64,000 bases of DNA from a virus (taxonomy: Duplodnaviria > Caudoviricetes): positions 42,854 through 106,853 of the IMG/VR virus record IMGVR_UViG_3300000439_000009. One strand, written 5' to 3'. The position numbers were made by a program, and so were the translations under genes. Below, piece by piece: positions 27,677 through 37,788 of this stretch (its first letter is position 1; the number at the start of each line of letters is the position of its first letter). The notes under the pieces are model-generated. The model was not told where the DNA came from, searched no databases, and saw only the letters and a program-made list of their open reading frames with translations.

Positions 27677-30600
27677 TTACGAAGTCTGAACCCATAGATC
27701 TCCAACAAAACCAGTATTGGAGGTAGGTGAGGGCTTAACGGCAGACACGTATGTATTTCTTATATAAGAACCAGTACCAGTTCCCACTGGAGTTCCGTTT
27801 CTTATTCTCGCTAATCCATTTATATAAATATAAGATGAGCTTGCTGTTGCTGTACCGTCTGTTATTCCAGAACCACTACCAAGTATAACTGATCCTGAAT
27901 TTAAAAACGAAACAGATGCATTTGAAATAAAGTTTGAACCAGAATAAGTTTTACTCCAAGCCCCACCGCCAAAATCTGTTCCAGTCTCAGTAAATGTAGT
28001 AGAATTTCCAGTAGGGTCAACCGAAATAACTGGAGCATTTGGATTGCTTGTTGAACTTACTGGTGAAAGAACTTGAAAAGCTCCTATGTGATCATCACTA
28101 TTTAATCCTGGCGTAACTGTTATATAATGATCTGAAACTAACTGACCAGCTCTTAAAGATGTTGTTGATTTACTTGTTGTAGCGGTTGTTGTAGGGTCGT
28201 AAGCAGACCCTATAGCTCCGCCAGTAATCGTAGAAGTAAAAGAAGTGGCATATCCTGGTCTATCTGAAAGTCCATAAGATGTTACAGCATCTGTTTCTGC
28301 ATCTAATTTAATATAACTAGCATCCGTGGCTTCATTAGATATAATCCATTTATCTCTAATTGTCCAATATTTTGGATTTGTTGCTGTTATATTACCAATT
28401 AAACCAGTTACTGCTGATATATTTCCATAAACTCTTAAGCCATCTGTTGAATCATATATCATATATCCTTTAATGTCAGAAGGCAATGAAAGCAACTTTT
28501 CAGTTCCCGCCGATGCACCAATTCTAAAATTACCTTCATGACCCGTATCATTCCAATAATTATTTCCATCTATAGTAAATGAAGATGCTCTTACATCTCC
28601 ATAAATTTGAGCATTTGTTGCTTTCAGGAATCCTGCATGATCTACAGAAAAGTTTGCCCCATATGAAATATTACCATTTATTGCGCTACCAGTTCCAGAT
28701 CCTTTAATTGTAAAACTTGTTGAGCTTGGTACGGAATCAACTGGTTTGTAATAAACGTTAAATGGTGATGCAACTTCAGAATTACCAGATCCAGTATAAA
28801 CTAAACCAGTTATAACAACAGATTGTTTTACTTGCAGACCATGAGCTACAGATGTTGTATATGTCATTGTTGTACCGTCACCGCTAGCACTTACATTTGT
28901 TATTGTTCCTGCTCCGCCAGTACTACTTGGTAACTGTAAACTTCCTACTGTTAAAGCGTATCCATTAGATATACTGGTACCACCATATAATCTTGTACCA
29001 TAATTTAATTGAGCTTTATCATAATTTAATGGATAAGCTGTTATATAAGCAGCATTATTAAGTGGATCATTTGCATTTAATTCTAGCAATCCGTTTTTAG
29101 AAGTAATTAAACCTGAAGTTACATGCCAAGCAGTACTTAAATCAAGCCCACCTAGATAAGCATTTTTTGTTGCAAAAGTTGCTCCAGCGTTAGTAGCGGA
29201 AATTTGAGTTGTTATTTCTGATCCGCTATAGGCTACAATACCCGAGTTGGCACCACCCACTCTTACATAAGAACCACCTGAACCATTTGTTTGTAAATAT
29301 CCAGTACTTGATATTGTAATATCGCTATCAAAGAAAGAAGACTTGCTTACTCTTAATGAACCAGTTATATTTGCATTAGAAGCGTTTACAGTTCCGTCAG
29401 ACATTATAGTTAAATAAGAGCCAGCAGTTATTAAAGCTGTTGTTAATAGTAACGAACCCGTAGACAGATTGCCAGTTCCAGAACCAGATATAGTAAATGT
29501 TGTTGGACTTGTTACTGTTATTTGTTGTGAGCTTACGCTATATCTTGCATCCCCACCTTGAAGTGTGTTAGATATAGTTACGTATTGACCGCTTACTAAA
29601 TTATGAGGTGATGATGTTGTATAAGTCATGGTTGTTCCATCACCGCTAGCACCTGCTAACGCAGTTGAATTGCGACCATATATAGAAAGATTTCTAGCTG
29701 AAACATTACCCGTTGGGGTTACTGTAAAGTTTGCAGATGCGTCTCCACCACTTGTTGTTGATCCAGCCCAGAATGAATAAGGGCCAGTGGCAGCTAATCC
29801 AACATAATTAGATGAGGTACCTAAAGAATTTTGTATCCTATCAGTACCAACAACCCAATTTGCAATTTTTGCATTAACTGTTTCAAATGTATATGAATGT
29901 CCATTATTATCATTTGATATGATAGATGTTGTTGGGGCGGTGAGAGATGTAGAACCCCCGTCAAAAGCAAATATACCAGAATAGGTTCCATCTTGAGAAC
30001 TTCCAAGAACTATTCTTGCTCCATTAGTTGCAGATGCTGTTCCGCTATTTCCAACCCAAATAGCACCACTTGGTGCTCCGATACGCACGGAATTATTTAT
30101 AACAGATGTGGAAGGATTGGTTGGAGTTACTAGATAAACTAATGAATTTAAAGAACTAGATCCATAGATATCATAATATCTTAAAATCAAATATGTAGGC
30201 GTGGCATAATAATTATTAAATATATTAGCTGGTCCTTGACCAGAATACACCAAAGACTGCATATGATAATTACCAGCAGCCTGTTCTGTTAAGTTATTAT
30301 TTAAAGTAAGAGTGTATGGTCCACTACCAGATATAGAAGTTACCCATGTATTTGTCGGTATGCCAGTTCCAGTTATGCCATAACCAATATAAGTATTTAT
30401 TGATTTTCCATCAGGTAAAACAAAATTGCCGTTTTCCATTGAAATAGACTGAACTACTAATGTTTTTTGTCCAGATGTCCCGCCAGAATAATATGTTCCA
30501 TCCATGTAGTCTGGTAGGTCAACTGTATCAAAAGATCCAGTTGGATCAATGAATAACTGATAAACTGAACCATGATCTGCCCCGCTATTTCCAAGAGAAA

Positions 30601-32218
30601 ATTGAACTGTGTACCCATCAACAACATTTGAAATTGTTGCTTTTGGCACTAACGTCGTCATAGCATTATTTCGTGAAAATGTATCTATATTTGCTATAGA
30701 TGTACTTTCAGTTCCGTACTGAGAAACTCCATATATCTTTCCAGAATATGAAGAAAAATAATTTCCAAGTTGTGAAAATATTAAGTTTTTAGGTATTGTA
30801 AATGATGCATCAAAAAATAATAATGAACCAGATACATCACCAGAATTATTTAAAGATAATGTAATTGTTGTTCCGTTTATTGCTGTAATTACTGCTCCAT
30901 CAGCTATACCAGTTCCAGAAACTAAACGACCTATTACAAGATTTGCTGCACTATTAACTATTATAGTATTTGATCCAGCACTACCAGTTCCATTAGTAGT
31001 AACTGAATGAACTACTGTATGATAAAAAAACCCTTGTTGTGTTGGTTGGTCTGTTGGAGATAACATAACCTTTAGTGAAACTAATTTGTTTGGATCGGAA
31101 TCGGATATTGCTGGCAGGTTATAATGAATAATAACATCATCCCCACTAAATTCTCCAGAAGATTTACTTACTCCGTTTGGAGGTAATGTATTAGTTGGTA
31201 TTAATGGTGTTGGGGTTGCTTGTACGTAATTTGAATAAGGTGATTTGCCGCCGTTAACATCCATAAAGAAAGCTCTAATATATCTATGATTTCCATCTGC
31301 TGCAAATACATTAAATGGACTAACGGTAGTCGGGGATCCCATTGATACCCATCCAGTTGCGGAACTTTTTACAGCAGCATCCACTTGATCCGAAGTTAAA
31401 TCTATTTGCTCAAAAACAAATTCTTCAAATGCTTCTTCTAAAAATAATCCTGGAAAATCAGTTTTTACTTTATCTATGTTTGATGTAACTATTGAATATG
31501 AAGATACGTCACTTTTTGATTGTAGTGCTGGAGCGGGTAGTGGAGAAACATATGTATTAGTAAATGGGGCAAAAACATATCCATTAGTACAATGTGCTTC
31601 ATCTTGTACAGAAATTGCAACGTTAGTAAATCCAGTAGTATTGTATAATCCAGTCGTTGAAAGACCGCCTATGGATTGATTTTTAATAGTTATTGTTTGA
31701 TGAACAGATTTTGGATCAATTTGAGTAGAGTCGTAAGGGTTTATTGGAGTTACTGAATTATAGGTAGTTCCATTATCTGCACTCAAACTAACGGCAAGAT
31801 AAGAAAAAAATTGATTCTGCAAATTAGATAAATCAAGATCAAAATTTACAACTACACTTCCAGTATAATTATCATTGGCATCTTTTTCGTATTGTGCTGT
31901 TAAATTTGAAACTGTTGTAGGGGAAGTATCTGGAGTACAATTACCTGTTGGTGTTGTTGATGCGCCTGTTCCAGTTGGAAAAGATGGTGGTGGAGGATTT
32001 ACAACTCCATCCATAGATCCGCCTTGAAGATACAAAAATATTCCTGCAGCACTTTTATTTGCCCCAACAGGAGAAATATACCCATTTTGTCTAGATTGTT
32101 TAAATGGAGCTGTAAGAGAATTTATAGTTGGGTCTAAATTTACATCAACAGGAATCGGTTGCCTTCTTGCAGAAGAGGCATCCGATATGTAAGTAGGACT
32201 TAAGCTAACAATTTTCAT
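27677..32218 (-). CDS. Large minor tail / tail fibre protein
   Basis: 1513 aa, G/S/T-rich beta protein in the tail module; FN3-like segments; fibre-type motifs (F.V...G...A.NA.I.G); C-terminal P......GDLWVQ. Confidence 0.75.
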   Translation of the reverse strand: MKIVSLSPTYISDASSARRQPIPVDVNLDPTINSLTAPFKQSRQNGYISPVGANKSAAGIFLYLQGGSMDGVVNPPPPSFPTGTGASTTPTGNCTPDTSPTTVSNLTAQYEKDANDNYTGSVVVNFDLDLSNLQNQFFSYLAVSLSADNGTTYNSVTPINPYDSTQIDPKSVHQTITIKNQSIGGLSTTGLYNTTGFTNVAISVQDEAHCTNGYVFAPFTNTYVSPLPAPALQSKSDVSSYSIVTSNIDKVKTDFPGLFLEEAFEEFVFEQIDLTSDQVDAAVKSSATGWVSMGSPTTVSPFNVFAADGNHRYIRAFFMDVNGGKSPYSNYVQATPTPLIPTNTLPPNGVSKSSGEFSGDDVIIHYNLPAISDSDPNKLVSLKVMLSPTDQPTQQGFFYHTVVHSVTTNGTGSAGSNTIIVNSAANLVIGRLVSGTGIADGAVITAINGTTITLSLNNSGDVSGSLLFFDASFTIPKNLIFSQLGNYFSSYSGKIYGVSQYGTESTSIANIDTFSRNNAMTTLVPKATISNVVDGYTVQFSLGNSGADHGSVYQLFIDPTGSFDTVDLPDYMDGTYYSGGTSGQKTLVVQSISMENGNFVLPDGKSINTYIGYGITGTGIPTNTWVTSISGSGPYTLTLNNNLTEQAAGNYHMQSLVYSGQGPANIFNNYYATPTYLILRYYDIYGSSSLNSLVYLVTPTNPSTSVINNSVRIGAPSGAIWVGNSGTASATNGARIVLGSSQDGTYSGIFAFDGGSTSLTAPTTSIISNDNNGHSYTFETVNAKIANWVVGTDRIQNSLGTSSNYVGLAATGPYSFWAGSTTSGGDASANFTVTPTGNVSARNLSIYGRNSTALAGASGDGTTMTYTTSSPHNLVSGQYVTISNTLQGGDARYSVSSQQITVTSPTTFTISGSGTGNLSTGSLLLTTALITAGSYLTIMSDGTVNASNANITGSLRVSKSSFFDSDITISSTGYLQTNGSGGSYVRVGGANSGIVAYSGSEITTQISATNAGATFATKNAYLGGLDLSTAWHVTSGLITSKNGLLELNANDPLNNAAYITAYPLNYDKAQLNYGTRLYGGTSISNGYALTVGSLQLPSSTGGAGTITNVSASGDGTTMTYTTSVAHGLQVKQSVVITGLVYTGSGNSEVASPFNVYYKPVDSVPSSTSFTIKGSGTGSAINGNISYGANFSVDHAGFLKATNAQIYGDVRASSFTIDGNNYWNDTGHEGNFRIGASAGTEKLLSLPSDIKGYMIYDSTDGLRVYGNISAVTGLIGNITATNPKYWTIRDKWIISNEATDASYIKLDAETDAVTSYGLSDRPGYATSFTSTITGGAIGSAYDPTTTATTSKSTTSLRAGQLVSDHYITVTPGLNSDDHIGAFQVLSPVSSTSNPNAPVISVDPTGNSTTFTETGTDFGGGAWSKTYSGSNFISNASVSFLNSGSVILGSGSGITDGTATASSSYIYINGLARIRNGTPVGTGTGSYIRNTYVSAVKPSPTSNTGFVGDLWVQTS

Positions 32219-32235
32219 CCCGACTCCCTATCTTT

Positions 32236-32769
32236 TTATTTATGTCCGATTGCAATCCAATTTATTTTTACAGATGTACTGTTACCTAAAAATACGCCAT
32301 TGGCTCCATAAATAGCAGCACCTGCTTTTTGTGAGGTTGCATTGGATCCAGCGTGTCTTAATGCAAGTTGAAATGTCGACTGGTTGACTGCCCTAACGTC
32401 AACAACTAGATCTTGGACTAAAATAGTAGGTGTGCCGACGGTAGAAATGCTTGCCACTATAACTGGAGCGGTAGTAAAAGATGAGTTAAAGGTTACATTT
32501 TTAAGATACTCAAAGTTGTTTGCGGAAGTGGGAACACTATCCGCAGTTGATGCACTTATAGTGGTGTAACCATAATATATCTGCTGGGAAGATATGTCGT
32601 ATAAGCCCTGAGTTGTTCCACCAGACGTTGTTGGTACATTGCTATATACGCTTCCAAAATTGTTTGTAATAGCAGATATATTATCGCTATGTTGATTTAC
32701 CACATTTACAATTTGATGTATTGTAGGTAGGTCAATTATTTTTGGATCTGATATTTTTACGTATGCCAT
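32236..32769 (-). CDS. Minor tail protein with H-type-lectin-like C-terminal domain
   Basis: VTFNSSFTTAPVIVAS...V....F......INWIAIG pattern. Confidence 0.7.
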   Translation of the reverse strand: MAYVKISDPKIIDLPTIHQIVNVVNQHSDNISAITNNFGSVYSNVPTTSGGTTQGLYDISSQQIYYGYTTISASTADSVPTSANNFEYLKNVTFNSSFTTAPVIVASISTVGTPTILVQDLVVDVRAVNQSTFQLALRHAGSNATSQKAGAAIYGANGVFLGNSTSVKINWIAIGHK

Positions 32770-32808
32770 TTTTCTCCTTGTTTATATAAATTATACCATT
32801 TTATTGGT

Positions 32809-35800
32809 TTATTTATTAATTCCTCTATTTAACATATTTAAAGTTAATTTAGTAGTAAGACCGTTATTGTATGTGTTTGAAACGGAATGTACTATGTACT
32901 TTTGAGCATTTATTCCCATAAGAGGATAGTTTAGGCCAATTACATCTCCCACCTCAATTAGAGGATTGCCAAATACATTAAGAGTTACATCTTTAGAAAA
33001 GTTATCTAAACCAGAACTGACTATTTTTAACAGCTTTCCAGCAGCATCCCTAGACTGTATAAAGGAAGAATCTAATTGTACCACTTCTCCTATGTTTCCT
33101 GGATCTGTAACAATTTCTATTATTTCTGGATCTGACGGAACAATAATTTCATGAGTCCATAGATTAAGGTTAACCACAAAAGCATTTAATTCGTCAGAAT
33201 CTTTCTTTAAATAAATCATATGAGAGCTGTTGTTTACAATTGCAAACTTAGCCCTAAATCCTGTGTTGATCGGGGTTGAATAAGCTGCGGAATATTCATC
33301 TACAATTTGATGCTGCAGGTAGTTTTGATCTAATAATGTATTTCCTGGGTAATAGAACCAAGCATACTCAACTGGCAAAATATCTACAGATACTGCTGCT
33401 CCATTTGTATATTGAACGTCGTATGTGTTAATTCCAATTATTGCTGGTTGCGTTTGCATTATATATTCTTTATACAAAGAAAAAGATCTTTGTCCTTGAA
33501 CTAATGCATTTAAAAATTCACGATCTTGAAAATAATAATTTACGTTTCTTTCTTTTAATGTTTTTTGAGAAGCATAAATTTCTCTTAAATATCCAACTTG
33601 AGTTTTTGATGCAAAATTGGAAGAGCTAGGGTATATAACATTTTTACTATCATTTATTACTATAGGATTTCCAGAAAGAAATGCTCCAAATTTTTTAGTA
33701 GTAGATACATCATAAAAATAAGGAAAATCAAAAACAACTTTTTTTCTTAATCCAGTTATAGAATTTATTTCAGTATTTGCCCATTGCCCATTAGAGTATG
33801 TTTGCCATTGACCAATCTCATAATTATTTAAAAATACTGAAAATACTGAACCATCACCTAATATAGTTGATTTTCCTGGGGAGCCTTCGCCATCTGCTGA
33901 ATGATCAAATGTAGACATTGCTATTCTTAAATGATATGCTTCATGAGGATCAGTATATAAAGAATAAGGAGCGTTTGCGTCTCCAGTTTTTCTATATAAT
34001 TTTTCAAAGTTATTTGTTATTGAGGATACTGTGCCAGTAATATTTGTATATGCAATTAAAGAAGGAGATGTTCCTATAATCTTGTATAAAACCAAATAAT
34101 ATAAATAGTTTCTTCCACTTAAAGTTTGGTTTCCAATATTTGATCTTATTAATTCTAAGAAATATGTACCATCTAAACCAGAATCTGGCATATTGAAGAA
34201 TAGCCCCCCAGAACATAAATTATTATTAAATCCAGGCATATCATCAGTAAATTTAAATTTAGCTGAATAAGTTTTATATCCTAAATCTTTTTCAGAACTT
34301 GAATAAAAAAGTATTTTATTATTGTTATCTGGTTGACCAAGTATATAGTAATATGGAAGATCTGCTGGTGGATTAGTAACACCACTATCATCTTTTTGTG
34401 TTGATATTATATCATAATTTGAAGACTGTGGGGTTGTTATAGAATAATTATTTGACACCAAAGAAGCAGTTAAACCTTTACTATCTAAAGTTGTTTTTAT
34501 AACATCATGATTAGAAACATTTGTTCCAAACATTCCACGAGTTACATTTCTTATATAGCCAGTAGGGGTTACTTTCACATCATAGTCAGATCCTTTTGAT
34601 ACCCGTCCTTTATTAGTCCAGTCAACTGGAGTAGTGTCCATTGATTTTGTTGATCCAGTAATCACAGTAAAAGAATTTCCAGTAACAGCAATTACTCTAC
34701 CAGAAACATTTAATTCTTCTGGACTCATATTGCTTACTGAAACTAAATCTCCTACATTAAATAAAGTTACTGGATTTGATACATCAATTGTAGGGGTAGA
34801 TGAAACTGTATAAGTTGTAGCCTTGTAATCTTTTCCACCACTTGTAAAAGAATATGGGGATGCATTTGATATAATTCCAACATTTGGTATCATGCCAATA
34901 TGATTTTCTTTAATAAATTTATTTATTTGTGATGCAAGCTCTAAATCATTTTTAACAGAAACTGTTGTATATATGGATGGATTTGAATTTTGAGCTATAG
35001 TATATTCTTTATAAACAAAAGAAACAATTTCGTCTTCAATTACAGCATATCCATTATTATTTAAATTAAATGTGTGAAAAGAATCTAAAAGATCTGCTTG
35101 ATTTATTTTAAAATAATTATCTTTTGATGTCATTGGGGCATCAAGGTAGTTAAATCCTACAGAATCTACACTTTGTTGTGACCAAACAACATCATTACTT
35201 GTTGTATAAATATAAGATGGACCAATTCTTACATCTGCGTTTGTTACGTTTTGCAAAGATAAAGATTGTTTTAATCTTGGTGTTTGATACCTTAATGATA
35301 TTTTTCCTGGTTTGGATTTGTTGTTAATAGTATATCCATTTTGCAAAACTATATTTTGATCTAAATCAAAATCTGTTAGGCTTTTTTGTTTATCTAAAAT
35401 ATTAGACAAACTTAAAAATTTCATAACTCCATAATTATCTATGTAAGCACCAATTTGATACGGTAAAAATATTTGATTTAATGCATCTATCAAAGTAGAA
35501 TCTTTTGAATTACAAAAATAATAATCCATATTAATAGGAGAGTTTTGATCATAGCAAACATTATATAAAGAATCAATGTCGTAATCTGTAAATCCTGTTA
35601 AATCTAATATATTTGTTATAACATCAAAAGCATCTTTATAGTTTGAAACATAATCAGAAACTGGTGTTGTTTGCAAGTATCTAGTTATATCATAACATTG
35701 TACTGATACTGTATCTATATCATTTTGCTGCCAAGTATCGGAATACCAAACCCCGCCTGGAATAATTTTATTAACAGATTGATCAACATAAGAATCATCA

Positions 35801-37272
35801 ACGTAATCTACAAGATTGTAATTAATATAAAATTTTACATTCTTTCTCATAGTATCTTTAAGTATGTCAGAAGAAATATTACTAACATTAGAAAAGATTG
35901 GAATAGGATTTGTTATGTCGCCTAAAGGAATAGAAGAAAGTGTTATAGTCGCATCGTCTGTAACTACTGAGGATACAGGAAGATATGTGTCTTTGCCATC
36001 TAAAGATTTATTGGTCGTTACATCAATAAGATACGGAGTTAGATCTATTTCTAATCTAGGCGATATTTCTACAACTTGCAAAAGGCCCATATCATTTAAC
36101 ACGCTACTATTTGTAGTATCAAATATTGTATCTCTGGCACCCGCTACTTGTCCTGTTACTGTGATTGATTTAATATAAACGTAATTAGTTAAATCACCAG
36201 TACTTGTAAAGCTTGGCATGTTTGACCATTTATCAGAAGTTAAATTACCGTTATTTAAATAAAGTATGATTATTCCATTATCTTGCGGGGCTACTATATC
36301 AGAAACTATTTGATCTCCGTTCGCTTTAGTAACAGTTACAGTAACACCTGGTTTTGATAAATATGCATTTAATTTAATTACAACTTTATTCATTGCAACT
36401 GGTGTTGAATAGAATCCCGTTACAGATGGGTTATCTACATTTTGAGAAATAAAATATTTATAAGCAGATATGTCTGTCATCAATCCACTTTTATAAACTG
36501 GCATAGGTGATGAAGCATGAAAAAAACTTGGGTTGCATGTTATGGGGCTTACGGGCATATAAAAATCATCTGGATAATTTTTTAATAAAGTTGTAGTGTT
36601 TATTTTTCTATATCCATCTGGAAAATTATATTTTACATTACCTGTTCCAACATAAGATTCTCCTGGTCTAAATCCAGTAAATACAGAATCTGTTGACCAT
36701 ACGGATCCGTATTGATAATCAAAAGCACTTGTCGCATAAATTTCTGGTTGTGTGTAATAAATGGTTGGGTTTACTACTGCAGTGCTAAAATTACTAAATG
36801 ACAATGTAAATGTAAATGAAGATATGTCATCATTTGCACCAATATATGTTTCTAACTTAGTCCAATTATAAGAATTAGCTTCTATGTTATTAGAGCCAAA
36901 TTGTCTATTTCCCGATCCTTGAGCATAAGCATTAACCATAATAGGAGTGCTAGAACTAGTAGTAACATAAGTTACTATTTTAAATGCTTTAGATGGCACT
37001 GTAGGGCTAGATGTATAAGAAATAATATCATGATCAGAAGATCCATTCATATTAAAACTAAATGTATCAAAATAAGGATGTTTATTAGAGTCTGTTACAG
37101 TAGAAGTTCCATCTGGTGTTATTGATATATCTATTAAAGTTCCATCTCCTGCAACCGTAAGGTATGGAGCATTAAATATATTTTGATTCCATTCAGCAGA
37201 TATTACTGGAAGCAATCTAACTGAACTTGATTTTAAGAATATGTCATTACTAACACCATCTACAGATAACAA
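32809..37272 (-). CDS. Minor tail protein (hub / central tail tip)
   Basis: 1487 aa, second gene after the tape measure; C-terminal FGNPLIEVGDVI...YIVHSVS....GLTTKLTL hub-type motif. Confidence 0.75.
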   Translation of the reverse strand: MLSVDGVSNDIFLKSSSVRLLPVISAEWNQNIFNAPYLTVAGDGTLIDISITPDGTSTVTDSNKHPYFDTFSFNMNGSSDHDIISYTSSPTVPSKAFKIVTYVTTSSSTPIMVNAYAQGSGNRQFGSNNIEANSYNWTKLETYIGANDDISSFTFTLSFSNFSTAVVNPTIYYTQPEIYATSAFDYQYGSVWSTDSVFTGFRPGESYVGTGNVKYNFPDGYRKINTTTLLKNYPDDFYMPVSPITCNPSFFHASSPMPVYKSGLMTDISAYKYFISQNVDNPSVTGFYSTPVAMNKVVIKLNAYLSKPGVTVTVTKANGDQIVSDIVAPQDNGIIILYLNNGNLTSDKWSNMPSFTSTGDLTNYVYIKSITVTGQVAGARDTIFDTTNSSVLNDMGLLQVVEISPRLEIDLTPYLIDVTTNKSLDGKDTYLPVSSVVTDDATITLSSIPLGDITNPIPIFSNVSNISSDILKDTMRKNVKFYINYNLVDYVDDSYVDQSVNKIIPGGVWYSDTWQQNDIDTVSVQCYDITRYLQTTPVSDYVSNYKDAFDVITNILDLTGFTDYDIDSLYNVCYDQNSPINMDYYFCNSKDSTLIDALNQIFLPYQIGAYIDNYGVMKFLSLSNILDKQKSLTDFDLDQNIVLQNGYTINNKSKPGKISLRYQTPRLKQSLSLQNVTNADVRIGPSYIYTTSNDVVWSQQSVDSVGFNYLDAPMTSKDNYFKINQADLLDSFHTFNLNNNGYAVIEDEIVSFVYKEYTIAQNSNPSIYTTVSVKNDLELASQINKFIKENHIGMIPNVGIISNASPYSFTSGGKDYKATTYTVSSTPTIDVSNPVTLFNVGDLVSVSNMSPEELNVSGRVIAVTGNSFTVITGSTKSMDTTPVDWTNKGRVSKGSDYDVKVTPTGYIRNVTRGMFGTNVSNHDVIKTTLDSKGLTASLVSNNYSITTPQSSNYDIISTQKDDSGVTNPPADLPYYYILGQPDNNNKILFYSSSEKDLGYKTYSAKFKFTDDMPGFNNNLCSGGLFFNMPDSGLDGTYFLELIRSNIGNQTLSGRNYLYYLVLYKIIGTSPSLIAYTNITGTVSSITNNFEKLYRKTGDANAPYSLYTDPHEAYHLRIAMSTFDHSADGEGSPGKSTILGDGSVFSVFLNNYEIGQWQTYSNGQWANTEINSITGLRKKVVFDFPYFYDVSTTKKFGAFLSGNPIVINDSKNVIYPSSSNFASKTQVGYLREIYASQKTLKERNVNYYFQDREFLNALVQGQRSFSLYKEYIMQTQPAIIGINTYDVQYTNGAAVSVDILPVEYAWFYYPGNTLLDQNYLQHQIVDEYSAAYSTPINTGFRAKFAIVNNSSHMIYLKKDSDELNAFVVNLNLWTHEIIVPSDPEIIEIVTDPGNIGEVVQLDSSFIQSRDAAGKLLKIVSSGLDNFSKDVTLNVFGNPLIEVGDVIGLNYPLMGINAQKYIVHSVSNTYNNGLTTKLTLNMLNRGINK

Positions 37273-37788
37273 TTAAACCTCCGTAAACTGTAAGGTTACA
37301 TCTACGTAATCCAACAGTGTAAATCTTTTAGAAACTGTATACAAAAAGTTAGTCATATATACTGTTAATATTTGATGATTGTCTGTGGATGGATTAGCTA
37401 ATTGAGATGAAACATGTCCAGTTCCAGTTATATTATCTACTGCATAAGTTAGCTTTAGTAAAATAGGTTGAGTAACATACTTGTCGTAGAATGCTTTCAT
37501 AAATGCTGCGCCCATTTTTCCGTCTACTGTAGGCTGATATGACTGTAATGAAATCCCAGATTGGGATGTTATAGTCTGCGAAGCGGAAGGCAGGGCTTGC
37601 CAGGTGGTATCATAAATAGCTTTATTGGCAACAACAAATTTTCTCATAGTTCCATTTGCCATGCGTTGTACTTGTTCAATTCTTTGCGGGGAATATTGAA
37701 TAGGTTGTCTATTATGATCAGATAGAGCATACCAAGTAGTTCCATTGTCGGGGGATACAGAAATTCCCGCATTAATACTATAAGACAT
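37273..37788 (-). CDS. Minor tail protein (distal-tail-like)
   Basis: Directly after the tape measure; RMANGTMRKFVVA.K...W..LP, ends in V.LQFTEV. Confidence 0.75.
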   Translation of the reverse strand: MSYSINAGISVSPDNGTTWYALSDHNRQPIQYSPQRIEQVQRMANGTMRKFVVANKAIYDTTWQALPSASQTITSQSGISLQSYQPTVDGKMGAAFMKAFYDKYVTQPILLKLTYAVDNITGTGHVSSQLANPSTDNHQILTVYMTNFLYTVSKRFTLLDYVDVTLQFTEV

